Shown here: in pieces, positions 24,601-38,413 of the stretch | Layout: each line of letters starts with the position of its first letter | Numbering within the stretch: position 1 is the first letter of the stretch | From: Catajapyx aquilonaris | Lineage: Eukaryota | DNA: 64,000 bases | Assembly (NCBI GenBank): GCA_000934665.2 | Contig: KZ537972.1 | Coordinates: forward strand, 62,001-126,000 | Direction: 5' to 3' | The notes under the pieces: generated by a model | Database searches by the model: none | The model's input: only the letters and a program-made list of their open reading frames with translations | Told to the model about the DNA's origin: nothing | Translations under genes and position numbers: made by a program

Positions 24601-27600
24601 AAAGTCAATGCTATTTCTCATTATAGTACAGTATATATAGTGAATTCCCACTACACAAATCCTACACTGGAAACTGCAATTTGTATAGGCTTTCGCAGCA
24701 TCCACACCATTTATTTTCCTGGCAACAATCCACTTTCCACCTCCTCTGCCAAGAATGGTCCCATTTGCAAGGAAAAGTGATGCCTGATAACTCAGAGCGA
24801 ATTGTAATGGAGGATAGCGGAAATGGTACATCAGTCAATTCTTAGCGACATGCTCACCCTTTTCACCCCTTGGATCCGAGCTGAAGCGATGCTCAAAAAA
24901 TATTGATGGCACGTATTCTGCTACACCTATTAGGCCGCATAAAAGTTGCATTCTTGACTGTCATCTGGGATGCGAAGCCATAACCCAATTTGGGAAGGCT
25001 CCAGGCGCTTCGTTTTGCCAATCAACAAACGTATATACACACACCCTTTCTCGCCAAACAACTGTAATGAACTCCAAACGGATTTGGCCCGGCTTCACAT
25101 TTCAGCTCTGCACACATCAATAGGATGGTATCTTCCGAATTTTTTTTCCCCTCTCGAAAAGAGACGTATGTCTGCTGCCGTTTTTGATCAACGGTAGAGG
25201 GCAGGAAAAAGGCTGGGTAATTAAGCCGAAGTCCCCGAGGACTTGCTTACACCGTGTCCCAATGTGATTTGTCTGACTTTGGAAAGGTTGCCCCCCGTGC
25301 TACGTGTGTCGGGTTCCAATTGGTTTCGGAAGTACTGTAAGGGGTACATGGCGAGGTGAAACGCCAAATTGGGTTATAGACTACCAAATCAATCCTAAGC
25401 TCATTTTGTTGCCCTCTGTACCGTAAAGACAGCGACGCGGAACATGCATAGCGGGGTTAATTCTGCAACTAGGGTAACAGGTTTTCAACTCGATTTGGGG
25501 ATTACAGTGCTGCGGGATCGGGATGCGTTTCACGATCGGCTCGTGAAAGGAGATATCGATGGAATGGGAAGTTCGAAATGCCTGTAGTTCGTTTTCTGTT
25601 ACGCGCCGACTGTTGGGGGAAATGGGGTGCCAAGACTCTCTGGTTACAATATACAGTACGAACATGGGACATTGTCATCAAGTATTGTGGCGCTGCTAAT
25701 GTGAAGTGGAGGTCGCTTCCTAACTATCCTGGTGACAGTGTGTGTAATGAGCCGCGTAGGTAAAGAGCTTTTGCCAACTCTGTTGGATCAGTCCTACTCC
25801 TGGTCCAATTTTCCTACCACGTAAATTCCATTATCGGGGGGGAATGGAATGGGAAGCAAATGACCCCGAATGTTTCGCTCGCTAGGGTTAATTCTCTTAG
25901 CATCCGGAGTGAGGGACATGTTGTTGGATAGTATAAGGTCAAAAGATCCTGTGGCAACGCTGCATCTCTTGTTTTCCAAAGTCTTCCATACCGTTCTATG
26001 TTACAAATGGGCACTTTGTCTTGAGGGAGAGCAGTCGGTTGTGAAAAGTCAGTTACGGGAGATCCGGTTCTCCCCTGCCCCCATATCCTGGCTCCCTTTT
26101 CCGCCATTTTATCCTCCAGCAAATATTACGAGTCCGGATATTTGTAGGGACAAGTTGTCCGGCTACGAGGGGGAAAAGTGATGGCTTCATCACAGGAGCA
26201 GTGTAATGGTCTCAGTATTTAAACTCAGCAGGAACTGACACGGGTGGCGTGGGGATATCAAAATCTAATTGTGCCTCCGGATCCCCAGCTAATCCGCCCT
26301 GATGACATTATTTTTGCTCATCAAATCATTGTCGGCGAGTCTGACATGGTTATGGGGAAGGCTTCGGGAGGATTTGCAGCAAACAACTAAACACGTCTGG
26401 GGGTTGCTTTTCGACCTGGAGATTGGAGAACGCCTGATCCTGAACCGATGTCGTCAAGGCGATTCGAAATCCTGGGGAAAGTCAAAACGCAACGGGCACC
26501 TTCCATCGGATCCAATGAAGTTTGAAGTAAGGAAGTCACGTCGGCACATTCCCTCCACCTTTCCCTCCTCTTGTCATTTTCACCCCTAAAACCTTTTCTC
26601 CGCAAATCCGGAGTCGCTACTTACGGGCTTGTCTGCGCCCGACTAATGAGGAAGCTTCCAGTGATTGGGAACCTGGGGACAATTGGCTCAAAATGAACTT
26701 GATTAGCAGAATCCTTTTTTTGAGACTTGGGAGACTTTGTGGGGTTCCGTGAGTTTGTATGGACTTGCTGAGGGAATTAGTTGGTGCTGATACTGATTTC
26801 GACGTAGATGAGCGAATTTGGGAAGCATCTTCTCTCTGCAGTTCTATTGTCTCAAAGATGTTGGAGTATGGAAAATTTTTCGCGATTCAGAAAATGTACA
26901 GACATAGCAAAACAACTGCTTTGAGGTTATTTCATGAATAATAATTTTTGTGCTTTTTTTCATAATTGTGGTGGAAGCATCGCGTTAAAGGTGGCTTTGG
27001 AGTGCGCACTTTCAGCGTAATTTGATAGCACATAGTTAGTCCAAGTGGGAACATGAGTAGCCCTAAAATAATGGTGCGGTATTTTTATGGCCATTTTACA
27101 AAAAAAAAAAAAAAAAATGCAACTAACCAGCCAACATCGCGTGGCTACATACAGTAACTGCACTTCCCAAGTTGTACTCCCAATTAGGCTGAATCTACAC
27201 TAATGAGCAAAGTGGCAAGTTGACGAAATCACTGTTTTCGTTTCATCAGCAGGACCGGAATGAACAAGTCCCCTGGTGTATGTACTATATTGGTTGTATC
27301 CTCCGGGATGTGACTCCAGATGCTTGTTTACCCGCGTTCCTCCTACGTCTTGTTCGGCTGATGGCGCCGCTGCAGGCAAACACTTGAGCCTACTTCCGAT
27401 TGACGCCCGCACAATTAACGAATGCCACTCCAACTGCACCTTCAGAACATGGGACGGGGTTCAGGCGCATGCGCACCTCTGGAAAATGATGAAATTCTAC
27501 CAGAGTCGAGTGTTGACGTTGGGATCGACCAAGGAAAGGTTTGGTGACCGCCCGGAATCACGAACCAGTTGGACCATGGCTGCTGCATATTATTTGAAAA

Positions 27601-30600
27601 TGCTAACTTCTGGTGGTGATGTAACAGTAGTTTTTTTTTTTTTTTTTTNNNNNNNNNAGTGGCTTGGTTCATTCCGCACGAGTTGCGGATTTTTAGTCAG
27701 TTTATTGGATTTGTTTTGGTTCTGGGATGGGGATGGCCGCAGCTACATGGAAGTATACTAAAAGCAAGTCCGTTCCAACTGCATGGTGGGCGGTTCTGAT
27801 GGGTGCGTCAGTGTGACTTGCCTGATCCAATGATTTTGAGCTAGTCTGATTATTTGGATGGATCAGGCTGGGCCTCGTTACATAGGAAGTGATAATATTT
27901 AGTTTACAGACAGTTTAAAATGTCAGCGCGTAGGCATAAATTCTCGTCGTCTGAGAGTGCATCACATACGTCACTGGGTCCAGAAACATGGTCATAAAAT
28001 GAGCACAGCATTATATTTAAAATATATGCGATATCGCCTGATTCATCGACACTGAATACTGTACTTGTGTATAAATTCATTAAAAAATTAATCGCTGCAT
28101 GAAATTTATGATGTAGGCACATACAGCTAGTGCAGTGTGAATATAGTAATTTAGAATGGTAATACGAGTCATATGCTAGTCGATATTCAGATAAAAATAT
28201 GTAACTTCAAAATTTCATTCCCCTTTTAATGATTTTATAGATTTATAGTTTTCAGTCTATGATCATCTGGCCATACTTGTTACTGTGTTAATTAATTGCA
28301 GCCCCGGACATGCAGAACTGTTCCCCTACCAGTATATACGCCTTGTCTACGGATAGTAATTGCAGCTAAAATGGCGGAATAGTAAATCACTCCCGAGTTA
28401 CAAACTTCCGTGACGCATCCTCGTAGGAGGCAGAGTAGGATTAGGCTTGCAGTCAATCCATTAGACGTAATCTCGTCATTGGCAAGAATATGTTTTGATG
28501 GTGGATTTCTGCCCCGTTGCATTGTTGATTGGAGAGTGGTAGTGCATTGTTGAGTCCAGTGTTTCAGAACAGGGCAATTAGAGGGGACAAGTGCGTATGT
28601 GGGAGTGGGGGAGTTATTGTGCCTGGCAGGGAGGGAATCCTGATGGCTTGCCGGGTAATTGGCCAGCAGGCCGTGTTGACGCTGTGGCGTATGTAAACAG
28701 GGCCAGATTTCCAAATAACTAGCGACACCACCCACTCTGTACCCCTCCCTGTTTGAGATTCCAACGCCCGTAAAAATTCTGCCAAATGCTTGACATTGCT
28801 TTGCAACTGCTGTCCGGAACGCAGGCCGACACCATTTTTGTCAGCTATATAACCCCTACTGTATTTTTGCGATGCGGACTCCCAGTCATTTTTGTGACTG
28901 AGCATCATATTTTTTTTTCAGCCCGGGAATGGGTGCTTTGACGGCGAGTTTTATAGAGAGCACGTGGTCTCATTAGAATAAAAATGGAGGACGGCTGTAA
29001 TGAGGTGCTTGAAGTAAGGATGCAGAGATTGATCTCTTTTGTGCTCTGGAAATGGGGGACGGAAGGCTGAGGGTGTGCAGAAGGGCTCTTTTTCACTGGA
29101 GCATCACAGCCTGTTTTGCAAATACGTAGTTGTACTGCACAATAGTCATGCAGCCAGTACTGAATTGGAATGCATTTGTCGATTTCATGCGTGTCTGCAC
29201 GTGCCGAGGTGCGAATCCCAATTATTTGTACTTTGCTGTCAAAGCTCTGGGGCGATTTTATAGTCCTGAATATAACGCAGTGAATGGGTTTGAAAGCGGC
29301 GCCGCGGGTATCAAAAGGGGGAAAATACTGCTCAGCGGTTTTTTCACAGGAGGGGATGAAATTCAATTGTGTTTTTTTTGTTACTAATCGTTGAAAGTGG
29401 CAAAGAAGGCATCAAAGACTTATAACAACGTCAGAATTAATTATGCACTTTTAAAGCGGCAGTGCAGAAGCACATCATAGGTTTGCCCGAGGTAAAAGTC
29501 TTCCCTTGTTTTTCCGGAGAGTTAAAAAAATATAGCTGCGAATAATGTGAAAACCAAATATTTCGGAAGTATGATATTGAAATTGTGAAGGGCTTTAATT
29601 AAGTTGCTCCAGGTACGCTCTTCATATATGCAGGACTAGGATGTGTCAATAGCTCTCTTCCAACATTGACTTCACACGTTAATCTGCACCAGCCCGCACT
29701 ATATTAATATAGGGGAAGGGGCTTACATAGTTATTATACAGCACATGGAGTTTATCTGACGAGGAATATTAATTTTATTAGGTGCAATTTCATAATTGCA
29801 GCTTCCATATTTTATGAAACTCTTGACAGCAAGTTTCCTCTGCCTCGGAATTTTATTTCAGTAGAGGTAGTTGTAAACACCTTTGTGTCTGTGTGTAATT
29901 CTAGGAAAGGAAGGAAATAAAGTTGCCAACGCTAATGTCAGGGTAATAAGCTTGAGGAGTAGTCCCTTAGGCAAGACCCTTCCGGCAACAAATTGGCGAA
30001 AACTTATTTTCAGATGCGAGATCATTAAGGTGTGTAGGCGAGAGCCATAATTCCTGATTTAGAAATCCCTCCGCAGTCGGTTCCAGCCTTTTTCCTATCC
30101 CTGCGTTTCCGTGGAGAACGTTAGGCAATTGCAGTTTCATTGTAACTCTAACAAATGAGCCTTGAAAGCGGGCTCCAACAAGCTTCCTAGCCGTTTTTTA
30201 TTCAGCGACTTGGGCCACACGTATATCACGTGTAACACCCAGCCTCCTCCTCTTCCTTGCATCGATTTGATGCCGAAAATGTCCCTGTTCTTGGCCTTTT
30301 TTTTCGCAATTTATGTTCTGTCCAAACTCTTTCGGAGTTTCGGGTTATCGGGAAATTACTAGAAGAACATTTTGTAGGTGTGATTCACGATTAGAGAAGG
30401 TGGCGGTTAAATCTTAGGATTTTTTTTTTCTGAAAAGAAAAAGTGCGGGGGTGGTCTCTGGAAAGACGATTTATTTCAGATTAAGGGCTTTCTGAAGCAG
30501 CAGCTTGCTGTTCCTTATTCAGCTCTTTGTTGCTCGTATATATACATGGACCTGGTCCAGGTCAGGACCACTTAATCATGTTCATCCTGGAATGTAGATG

Positions 30601-33600
30601 ACCTGCAATGATGGCGAGTTCTTGGTCAAGACTCCTTTATATCGAGGTGATAGGCTTTAGTACATGGACAGGGCTGTGCGGGAACCGAAGTCGGGAGTAA
30701 TCTCTTCCGAGCCGTCGCAGGCTGTTAAGCCAAAGGACTCCCAAAAAACTGAACTTTTTTTCCCCCTCTTTCTCCTGGGTCGCCTTTTTTTTTTTGCTTA
30801 GAGACTTGGTCTGAAATGAGCACCTAAGTTCTTTCTCCCTCCCTGGGCCCGTCCTGCAATACGGGCTTTGCTTAATAGAAATCTGGACCTAGCTCAGCGG
30901 GAGAGAAATAAAAGGCTGGAGCTAACAGGGAAAGTTTTTGCCATGTTTTTGGAAACCCTAGCGTGCTCTCGATGCGTGTGATGCAGAATCGAGTGTGGAA
31001 ATGACTCAGGTGTGTCATCATGAGGTTAATGTTGGTTGGTCTTGCTTCAGTCCCCCCAGTCTGCCATCTTCTATTGCCTCGTAAAGCCCTTTTATGGGGG
31101 GCGTCGCAATTAATGCCGCGTCTTGTTTGTGACAATATCCATTCCCAAACCCCCATGGTTGGAACGCTGATGAGCACTTGTGATGGTGGGCAATGCCAGG
31201 ACAGGATGCATCATTTTGGTGGTACCAATCCCCATAGACTTGATTTTGGGGTCGTGATGAAATTTGGGAGGGTGGCCCATTGTTGGGCGGGGTCAACTGC
31301 CCCGGCGCCTAAATTGGAAGGTGCAGGGTTCATGGGTTGGCCAAAAGAGGGGCGGTGAAATTAGAGGTTTAAATATGTGTGGAATGCTTTTGTACATTGC
31401 GGTTGCATGTTGTATGGGCAGCTGGGCGTTCATTATGTTTATGAAGCTGTAATTTTGAATTCCAGGATCCTTAAAATGAAAATACGGTTATGAGTAGTGT
31501 AAATATGGGAGAGTAGGAAGGGGGGTGCCGTGAAATGAAAATTTTGCAGAGCAAACAGATCAAGGGCAGGGAGTAAATCAAGTTAGCCAAAAACACGGAA
31601 ACTCGATCCCACAATGGAAGCTCATTCATCATTCACCTGACCTTTTAACAAATTTGCTTCCAAGTCACAAAACAAACTATTGAGGGGAAATTGACTCGAA
31701 TCTGGCAGGCTGAAAATCAACAGCCCGCAGGACAGTCGCGAAATTACTTTCCCTTTTTGAATTTTTCAGGTCAAATTTTTTTGAGGGGACCAAGAGGATA
31801 CGCCCTCATTTTTTTTTCGATTCCTGGGAGAAGTTAGGTGCATTCCAGGCGGGGCTCTCCCTCTGGGTATGAAATATTGCGCCCCGGGGTTTCAAAACGG
31901 GGGATATTTCAAGGGGGCACATGTACATTAACTGGTGGGGGCCAACCAGCCAGGGGGAGACGACCATAAAGCATCCCCTTAAGTAGGCTTTGTCCATTTG
32001 GCCCCCCTGAGCAGCTCGCTTGAAATTAAATGCACGCACGATTCATAACCAGCCAGCCGTGTTTTCTGGCGGGTACCATTTCCGGCCTGGCGGTTCCGTT
32101 TATTTGTCATGTGATACAAATAGGTTCCAGTATTGATTGGCATCCCATATAGTTACGCTATGTAGATATGGACGTTTATGTGACATTTGATCGGATTTAT
32201 GCCGTCCGTTCTAGTGTGTACTTTGGGGGTACATAACGTAGCGTTAATGAGCCAGTTGCAAGCTACTGTAACGGGAGGGCATTTAATTATCTTGTAATTT
32301 ATAAAACTAACGGAAATTCAAGAGAGCTGATTACCCGAAACAAACCTCCATATTGGGCGCATGGGTTCATTATGGAGTGTGTCGCGGTCAGTGCCCGAAG
32401 CAGGTGCTGATTGCCACTTTTGTAATACTGCCAGTAGTTTACACCCGCAACTACAGGCGTGAGCATCGGGTAACGCAGGCAGAGTGTGGTTGTTTTGAAT
32501 ACAATGTTTTATAAATATTGCTCGAGGACACAAAACGTCAGCTTTTCCAATTTTCTAAAATTTTTGTGTTGATATGGTGGGCATGTACCGGACAGTCGTA
32601 ACCCTCGTGTATATGTATGGTCATGATGCTGATCCATCTGCTGGCTCGTTTTATACCCCAAGTTTTATCGTCGCGGGCCGGCAGATGAAAGTATACTGTG
32701 GTTAGGCTTTGTCGGGGAGTGTCCCAAAATAGATATATCCGGAGTCACCCCCACTCTCCCAATTCCCAACGTTCGTAATGGAACCACGGGTGTGAAGGGC
32801 AATTATTACCCCCAGAGCCAGAGAATGGGGGACGGGATAGTGTTGTTCACACGGTTTAGTTCGTGTCATGCACACAACCGGCAGAAGGTTCTGTGCTACT
32901 GGCGCCGCCTAACCAGTGGACAGGGGGTTTCCTAGTTTCTCCGGAAGATGTCGACGATTGCGAGCCAGGGTTGCGGGAGGCTCAAGTAACTCAATCGACC
33001 CAAGCCGGATGCAACCCTGCTGGCCTGGGTACAATGTGTCACATGAAAGGTGCAGGTCAACATCCAAAATTCAATTCGTGATGGCCCGTGATTGCGGCTG
33101 GTGGTGCTATCGATAATCTTTCGCCGCCTGTGGTTATATGAGAAATAGGTGGAGTCATAATTATTAAGAAGGGGTGGTGCATTGCCGCAAATTATTTTTC
33201 ACGTTAAAGCCGGGTTGTGGGCGTCTAATCGAAATTAAGTTCATTAAGGTTGGTCTGAAGCCAACATGATTACGAATGTAGAAGGATTTTATGGCGGTTA
33301 GAGGGGGGGGGGGGGAAGGTGGGCNGGGGAAGCTGGGCCGCTAAACTCTGCACCATTATCCCTCGATAGTCTGCAAGCCTAATGGACTGAAAACTTCACT
33401 CCCTGGTAATTCAGCCTGCGTTTTATACAAATTTTTTAGCCCCTTGTAGTTAACAATCCGCGGGGAAACCTCGAAACGCATACCTCAGTGCGGAAGGCTG
33501 GCTCTCTCCCCCTCCTCATCCAGCTTGTAATATCTGGGCATTTGAATTAATGGACACGATTTTTGTAAACGAGGAGCGTGTGGAAGATATTTTAGGTCGG

Positions 33601-36600
33601 TAGCCAATCGATAGTGCAGCAACTGTCGCACTTCTCTCTCTCTCTTTTTTAGCCTGAATTATTCATCAGCTGGAGTTAGAGCGTGGCGGTCAGATGAATA
33701 TTTGACCATTTACCTCGTGAGGGTGTCAACACTGGCTGAAAAAAAAGGTGTCGGGCCTTCTGATCGGTCGAAGTCTCATCCCCGAAGGTGCCAAAATGAC
33801 ATCTAGAAATGCCTTCCACAATCCGGACTACTTTTTTCCCGTGCCTGTAACTCACACTCCGGGGAGGTGACTCAATAAGGCAGGAAGCAGTGATGAGGAC
33901 AGCTCTTGAGAGTTTCATTTGGCGCAGGACGAGTCTCTTGGGGGTGTGCCCCCCTTAGTATATATCCGGGGGAGGGAAAAATGTAATACCCGGAAAATCT
34001 GCGAGTGTGGCCGTTATTTTGTATGCTGTTTGTCCCCTCTAGCCCCCTGCTTGCAAATAGATGGGAGCATCAGTGGGCATCTCCCCTCTCATAATTAGGA
34101 GGCGGATTAGGGTGCGGGGTGAGAAGAGCTGGTGTTGTTAATGCCAGATCCCCCTAGCCTTTTCGCTTATTATACTCGCAGTGTGCACAGAATTTTTAGG
34201 CGCAAAAATTGTGTGCAGATCGAGGAACCATAAGATGCCCTTTTCGGCATGGTGGAATCTGGGAGTTCTAAATCCGGTATACCGGAAGGCTCCCTGGAGA
34301 GAACCAGCGTTCCCTCCCCCCGGAAAATGTCAAGATGTTATGAACGTCGGTTCTATAGACTTCTCCAGCTTGTATGCCTTCCGACGCCGAGGAATTTGGG
34401 AAATGATCCTTGATATTGAATGGAGGCGAGGCCATGAGGCTCAAATGCTGGGATAGGGGGGGACTTTGCCATCTTCAAGAGCCCGAATATTTCAAAAGGA
34501 AGTGTTTCTGCAATGTGCCGGACACGTGTACAGTACCGGCCCAAGATTTTCAGTTGTGTGCTTCTGAGTTTGCATCTGTTTTACGATTCCTTCCCGTATA
34601 GCTAGAAGGAAATCCGAGATGATAACACACTCGGATCCATGGTGCGGGAGAATTTAATAGGCTCTTTGGCATGGCGGCCTCTTCGTGTTCAGCTGCCGGG
34701 ATCATTCATTATCCAAGCTCCCACAGATTATTATGAAATGCGACAGGCCGGCCGGCAGCCAAGAAGTCGTGAAAATGTATTTCCGTCATTTTCAACCCCC
34801 CCTTTATACCCCCTCCACCGTCGTCCTGCCATTACCCACACGCCGCACACATAATGTCTCCGAAAGGGGGGAAAAGTTTCCCATCGGTTGCCAATGACAA
34901 AAAGCGATCGGAAAATGGGCTGCGGAAAGGTTCATAACACTCTGGGGATTGGGAGTCATGTGCAGGGATTTATTCTGGTTGGGGGGGCTGACCACCTCCC
35001 GGAACTATTTTTTTTCTAGGGAGAGAGTTTCGTCGCGTTTGGCATTGTGTGAGAGAAAAAAAGTACACGACAGTTTGATTAATCGCGTACCGTTCGGAAA
35101 TGCAATTTCAACACTGGCATGGTTATAACGAGGGAAAGTCACCTTTCGTTGCGTCTTTTTCTGGGTGTTGGTGGAGCATGGAGCTGATCAAATGGTTGTT
35201 GCGCTTTTATTATGTCCTATTAATTATTATGGCTAGCTGTTAGAAGCTTCGAGGCCCATGTCGAGGGAGTGCATATTTTAGTAAGCGACTATAGGCTGTT
35301 TTAAGTGGAACTAATTGGCCAATGAATGGCAAATAAATTAGTCGGTTTCTGAATTCGAGCGACCTGCATTAATAGACAGTGACTATAATTGGGCAGGGTG
35401 CATAATGGGCGTATAACTTACCGTGTAAGGCAGCATGCATTTATCTAGGACTACTTAATGCCATAGCTGTTTATTACCTGCTCCAAATGCTGTTATGATT
35501 ACACGGGACAAATAAAATCCACCGATAACGACACAGCAGTAATGAAGCCTATTGTTGGGCAAGAGCTGCTTTTTTAAAAAGAAATTTTGGTGAGCCTGCA
35601 CGTGAACACGGTGATTTGGCGCAGAATTTTCCCTCTTGGAAATTGCAGCCAGAGTGTCTTTAAGTTGGGAGAGTTTTTGGAGTATCAGCAGAAGGGCTTC
35701 ATTAGCGTTTCTGCAGCATGTGTAGCTCAAGTAGTTAGCTTTCTTTAGCATTTCGTTTCATTGGATTGTGGCGGAAAGAAGGGCGAAAAAGGTGGGGGCG
35801 GAGGAGAATTTTCCCCCTTCCAAATGCTATACCCTGCATCCAAAGGAGCAGGATTTATTGGATTGCGCAGTGGTTGCAACTGCTGCTTGGAGCGCCCGAG
35901 TATACCGGAGTCTACATTCTTTATTTTTGTTTATTTTCATTCCGGAGCTGGAGAGTTCTTGTGAAGGTTTTAATACACGGCAAAAAGCACGGTTCTGGCT
36001 GCATTCGCCAATTATTCGATAAATTATTTATGAGAGATTTTTTTGATTCTCTGCGGGCCGGAAACACCGGCAAAATGGAGCCACCAATTACGTTACGAAG
36101 AAGAGAAAAGGGAGAAATGAGCACGGAAACCGATTGTTTCCAATCTGCGAAAAAAAAAAAAAAATTGGGACCGGGAGGGTAGGAACGATAATTCCGGAAA
36201 GGTTTTTTCCACCGCACTCTTTACAGCCGTGACTGTACTGCCAGACAACTTGGTTTATGGGGGGTACTGCGTATGCGGTATCTCCCACGAGATTTGGTTT
36301 TTATCAGTTGAGCCCCAAACCTGCATTGATTTGGGTTGCAAATTTGAAGCAAAATTAATGTTTTAAAGCATGTTGGTTGAACCTGCGTTTAGGATTAGCT
36401 GGACTGGGGCTTCCGAAATAACACCGTTTACCCGTACTTAAAGTTGCGTTAGGGAATTTATTACGGAGATGGCGCCAGGGTTGTTAAAAGTGGAAAATAA
36501 TAGGTGTATTTTTGTGCGTGTTATGTCCGGCTCGTTATCTCTCAAAGTAATTTTTGCGGAATTATTACCTGAATTAGATGCTCAAAGTACTCGGCTATAT

Positions 36601-37922
36601 AAATTCCAACCCGTTAACATAGATAAAGTATATTTTCATATTATTCTTGCAAATCACCTTTTCTGGTCACGTCGGGCGACGATTTTGAAGCTAGAGTGGC
36701 CCCTATTTGGAAGTGACCCTCGAGTAAAGATGTCCCAAACCGAGCGGACCAAAAGGTGTACAAGTCCGGTGGGAACCTTTTGTCTCGGGGACTGTACGTG
36801 CTGCAGTTGTTGTAAAATGCAGGAGGGACGTGCACTTCACATTTTTCTGCCTCGCAATTAGTCCTGGATGGTCGGAGGTAATCTAAAACCATTTTGTGCC
36901 ATTTTGGAAGAGGTCTCCCGTGACCTTTCCAAGCTGGTCACGTACGGGCTCGCGAAAGATTTCTGCCCATGGCCCTCTGGAGAATTTTTTGGGAAGGGAG
37001 GGGAGGGCGGAATAAGCCGAGATGAGGGAAGATGCTGCACATATGTGATCGATATCATTTTTCGCACATGTTAACTGATATTGCGATTTTGCCAATTTTA
37101 GGAACTGCTGTTTCCGATTCTTGATTTAAACTTTTGCTTCTGGTCCAGTATATTTCTGGCGATTTTGTGTGTTGAGACGTAACACGCGAAGGGTTTTATC
37201 GCCGGCCAATTGAGGGTGGTGTCCGCAGTTGTATCGCAGAAGTGGCGTGTTTCCTTGGACCGCAGATGTTACGGAAAAGGAGATAACGCAACACCACGGG
37301 AAACTCGGACCGTGTAATTCGCATCGATTGCGCTCTTTTAAGAATTTTTTTCTTTTTTGCCAAGGCCTCGTCTCGTTTTTTTGCTGCGGTACTTTTCTTG
37401 CCGAGTTTTTCAGACGACTTGCTCCTTGAGGAAATTGGTGTAATCTAATTGCCCAACAGTGAAACTTTGCACAAGTGGGCCCTAATAAAGCTCCATTGAG
37501 ATTGGCAACCGCTGTAGGCAAATCTGCAAATGTTCGATTCGGAAGTGTGTGGTGCACGTGTGTGGTGTTCATTTCATACGCGATAAAAGTTTACGTCACT
37601 AGCAACCATAACTTGCACTAAAGGCCACCTAAACATGTGGATTAAACTTAAAGGAAATGTTCGGGCCGGAAAATTTAATATACAGTAATGGATGCGAAAT
37701 AAGTCAGTTGCCTCCAGTCATTCACTTCCGAAACATCTCTAAGTAATAGGCCCCCTCCATCTTAACTTATTAATGGGGGCGCTAATTAGTTTAGGTGCTT
37801 AGCGGCTACCCTCTCAGTTTGCCCCCGAGCGCTCACTTTCATCCAAATGTAAATTTCGAAAGTACTTCACTTACGGGGATTCTGAAAATCAGACCCTGCT
37901 TCTAAAGGCTGGTCTATACTCC

Positions 37923-37982
37923 ATGGGGGATTCGTTCATCCTATGGGGGATTCGTTCATCCTATGTGGGATTCGTTCATCCT
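37923..37982. repeat. Tandem repeat, 3 x 20 bp (ATGGGGGATTCGTTCATCCT)
   Basis: Three consecutive units with one substitution in the third. Confidence 0.95.
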
Positions 37983-38386
37983 GGCAGTTGGACAACATGC
38001 ATCACAGTTGTATTGCCCCTGTGTGCTATACTTTGTGGTGTGCAAAAGAGGCTGATTGGTTGCCTACATGCCAGGATGCTTAGGTTACCTGAATTATCCT
38101 TTTAAATATTTTTGTATATTAAATATTAAATCCGTCTTCATCCTGAGCTGGGGCCATCCCACGTTTTCCCTTATAGAGCGTGCCAATATTTTCCGGTTGC
38201 AAAGTTCGCTCCGTGTTTTTATGATCCGCTTGTTACTTCGTGGCCGGACCCTGACATTACCTGCAGGCACTTTTCGAGTGCCAAGTTAGTTTCTCGGCTG
38301 GGAGCATAACTATTCTCATAATACTTGAGTGGGACGTGTGAGCAAGGGAGACCCTGAGTAGCACATCTGCCATGGAGCATCCCCAA

Positions 38387-38413
38387 GCCACGCCCACTTT
38401 CAGGGTGACGTCA
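38387..38413. promoter_or_regulatory. Adjacent KLF/Sp-type box (GCCACGCCCAC) and full CRE (TGACGTCA); candidate promoter or enhancer
   Basis: GCCACGCCCAC at 38387-38397 and TGACGTCA at 38406-38413 in a GC-rich patch. Confidence 0.35.

Noticed and set aside
37923..37982. CRISPR-like appearance of the 20-bp repeats
   Set aside because: Units are directly adjacent with no spacers, there are no cas genes, and the context is eukaryotic.
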